DNA of 63,087 nt, counting the filler, from Globobulimina sp. (lineage: Eukaryota): the NCBI GenBank assembly GCA_003354225.1. It is 26 parts of 26 records of this genome, joined end to end, with 100 filler letters (N's around TTAATTAATTAA, not from the genome) between each part and the next. Parts side by side here need not be neighbours in the genome. Positions count along the whole stretch, not along the records: positions 60,760 to 63,087 come from PIVH01007355.1; 25 more parts are not named here. One strand, 5' to 3'. Numbering within the stretch: position 1 is the first letter of the stretch; each line of letters opens with the position of its first letter. The position numbers were made by a program, and so were the translations under genes. Below are positions 60,760 through 63,087 of the stretch, one piece after another. The notes under the pieces are model-generated. The model made no database searches, was not told where the DNA came from, and saw only the letters and a list, made by a program, of their open reading frames with translations.

Positions 60760-62815
60760 CTTCCTCATCACCACCGATCATTGGCTGTGCTTCGCCGAAA
60801 AAATCCCGCACCCAAAATGCGTGGATACCATCTTTTTTCATTTTGTTTTTGATGGAGGGAGCCGGCAAACCCACTTTCTTCATTTTCACATATTTGCCCA
60901 TATCTGGTTTAGGACACGGCGCTGTCATCGGTCGCTTGCCTCCGCCACCAATGATTGGCTGTGCTTCGCCAAAAAAATCCCGCACCCAAAATGGATCAAT
61001 GCCGTCCATTTTCATTTTATTCTTCACGGAGGTCTCGGGCATGCCAATTTTTTTCATTTTCGCATATTTTTTAAACTCTGGTTTAGGGCACGGTGCCTCC
61101 ATTGGTTTGCCACCGCTGTCGTCATCGTCTAGTTTCTCGCCGAAAAATGTAGCCACCACTTTTTTATCAATGCCATCCATTTTCATTTTGTTGCGGACAC
61201 TAAAATGTTTTTTGATTGGGTGAAAAAAGTGTTTCTTTTAAAATGCAGGCAATCAAAAAGTCACAAACCTTGTCTCCGGCATTCCAATTTTCTTCATTTT
61301 TTCGTATTTTTTTAAATTATGTTGACTTAAATCAATTCCATTTAGCGGCTTTGGTGCTGGTTCGCCTTTGTTTAGGTTTACGTAAATCAGTTTGGTTTGA
61401 CACGGAATTGAATGCAAATACACATACCGGCAAATTTAGCGATTTGTGCAGCAGTAAATCCGTCCATTTTCATTTTGTTCTTGATGCTATTCATAGGCAT
61501 ACCAATTTTTTTCATTTTATTGTACTTTTGCATGGTGTCCAACATTCCCAATATAGATTTCGTGTCATCTGTGATTGGACCCTGACCCGATTCTTTTTGT
61601 TTAGCTGCCAGCAAACCGCCCACTGTGCCTTTAATAGCATCTTTATGTTCGGCTTAGATTATATTTTATATTAAACAGAAACAAAATAACTGTACATAGG
61701 TCACACAAACAAAAACATTTTAATATACAGATCATATATATCCATCATACCTGGCTCCTTAATTTTAACTTTTTTCTTACTTTTGCCACTGCCAAAAGGC
61801 AGTTTACTCGCTAGGGCAGCGGCAGCAAACCCAAATTTATTCCCACTTAGCCTGGGCGACGGCGACGGCGACGTTCCAGCCAATGCAAACAACGCATTAC
61901 GTGTACTCTGGTTTGGATTTGTATTTTTTTTTAAGTTTTTAATGATATTATTTAATCCCAATATTTGTTCATCGAATTCCTTCTCTCTCTGCCTATGCGA
62001 GGTCACATTTTCATCGACCTGGTCGTTTAAGTCGCGGTTCGTAAACCGTATCTTTTCAATGATTTCGCGCAATTCTGCATCGGTTTTGTTTTTCAAATCC
62101 GCCAAATCTTCGGCTTTGATCTTCTTTCGTTCCAATGCTTCCATCTCAACCTTAAGTGCTATGCGTTTATGATATGAATACTTTGCATTCCAATCAGCAA
62201 AAACTGAGACATTAACTAACTTAATTCGCGCTCTTTGAATTGCTTCTTGATTTTATACAGTTCGTTTTGAAATTGGTCCCTTTCTTTGTATATCTTATTG
62301 ATGAATCCCTCATCTTTTTCTTTCAATAATTTCAATTCGTTTTTGATGGTTTCCTTATCCATATTTAATCGCTCCGTCATTGTTTTTGATCGCTCGAACA
62401 ACGCAGTACGTTCCTCTTTGGATTCAGCCAATTCGCTCTGCAAACTCTTGCATTTATTGATATTCTCCGCCAACTCCTTCCGTAATTTGATAATTTCCTT
62501 ATCTTTCTCCGTTAACACTTTCTTGTTTTTGGCCTCCGTTGTTTTAGTAAATGACGGTTTCGCTGAAGGCTCATTTATAATTTGCAATGCTTTTATAGTT
62601 TGTTGTAGATTATTTATTTTATGTTGGTGTTGCAATTTGCTTTGTTTTTCGGCAGCTTTCAACGTGTTTGTCTCTGCGCGCATTGTCTCCAATTCTTTGC
62701 TTAAATGCAATAACCGCGTTTCATGCGCCATAGGTTCGGGTTTGTTTTCTTTTGTGTCTTCTTCATTTATGTGGATTACCTTTTTTTGGTGCAAATCTGT
62801 CTGTAATTCTACCAT
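60760..62815 (-). CDS. Coiled-coil protein with repeated KY.KMKK.GMP...IKNKMKMDG modules (CCDC53 C-terminal/formin-associated-like), partial, multi-exon
   Basis: At least four copies of the module, preceded by heptad-rich exons. Confidence 0.65.
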
Positions 62816-63087
62816 TTGTTTTCGTATTAATTCAATTTCTTTCTGATAATCTGTGCGTTTTTAATGTTTTTAGGGTGTATAGGTACAGTATGTATGCAGA
62901 AATAACGTAACTCAATGCTTGGTTATCCAGCGTGTCTTGTATTTGTTTATATTTTAGATTGTATGAAGTTTGTTCATTTTGTCGCTCTGGATATGATATC
63001 ACATATTTATATATAATTGGTGGTTGTGGCCATGATTGAATGTGCATATATACCTTGTTTAAGTTTTTTATTTTCATTTTCTAATTG

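Overview
This is not a continuous locus. It is 26 unrelated contigs of about 2.33 kb joined by artificial N44-TTAATTAATTAA-N44 linkers, so gene adjacency only means something within a contig. The DNA is from an AT-rich, gene-dense eukaryote with short GT-AG introns and the standard genetic code. The gene families suggest a SAR/rhizarian, probably foraminiferan-like protist (inference). Recognisable host genes: P4-ATPase, ERI1-like exonuclease, TIP41, Cys-loop channel, G-beta, CstF-77, Nuf2, SGT1, LSM14, SPT4, NIPA, SDR, a PPR protein, two ADP-ribosyltransferases and a macrodomain protein. Foreign-looking or mobile items: a Polinton-type protein-primed DNA polymerase B with a structured upstream region, an intronless GH54 arabinofuranosidase, MITE-like elements and a tRNA-like sequence. 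The most interesting unexplained signals are: (i) an 11-bp non-coding motif, TATCCTTGCAC, with 8 perfect copies on 7 contigs in both orientations; (ii) a ~390-bp Y-shaped palindromic element with periodic single-base bulges, a compensatory base change and GNA-triloop tips; (iii) a convergent WWE-ART / macrodomain gene pair; (iv) a kelch-TM-caspase-like receptor architecture.
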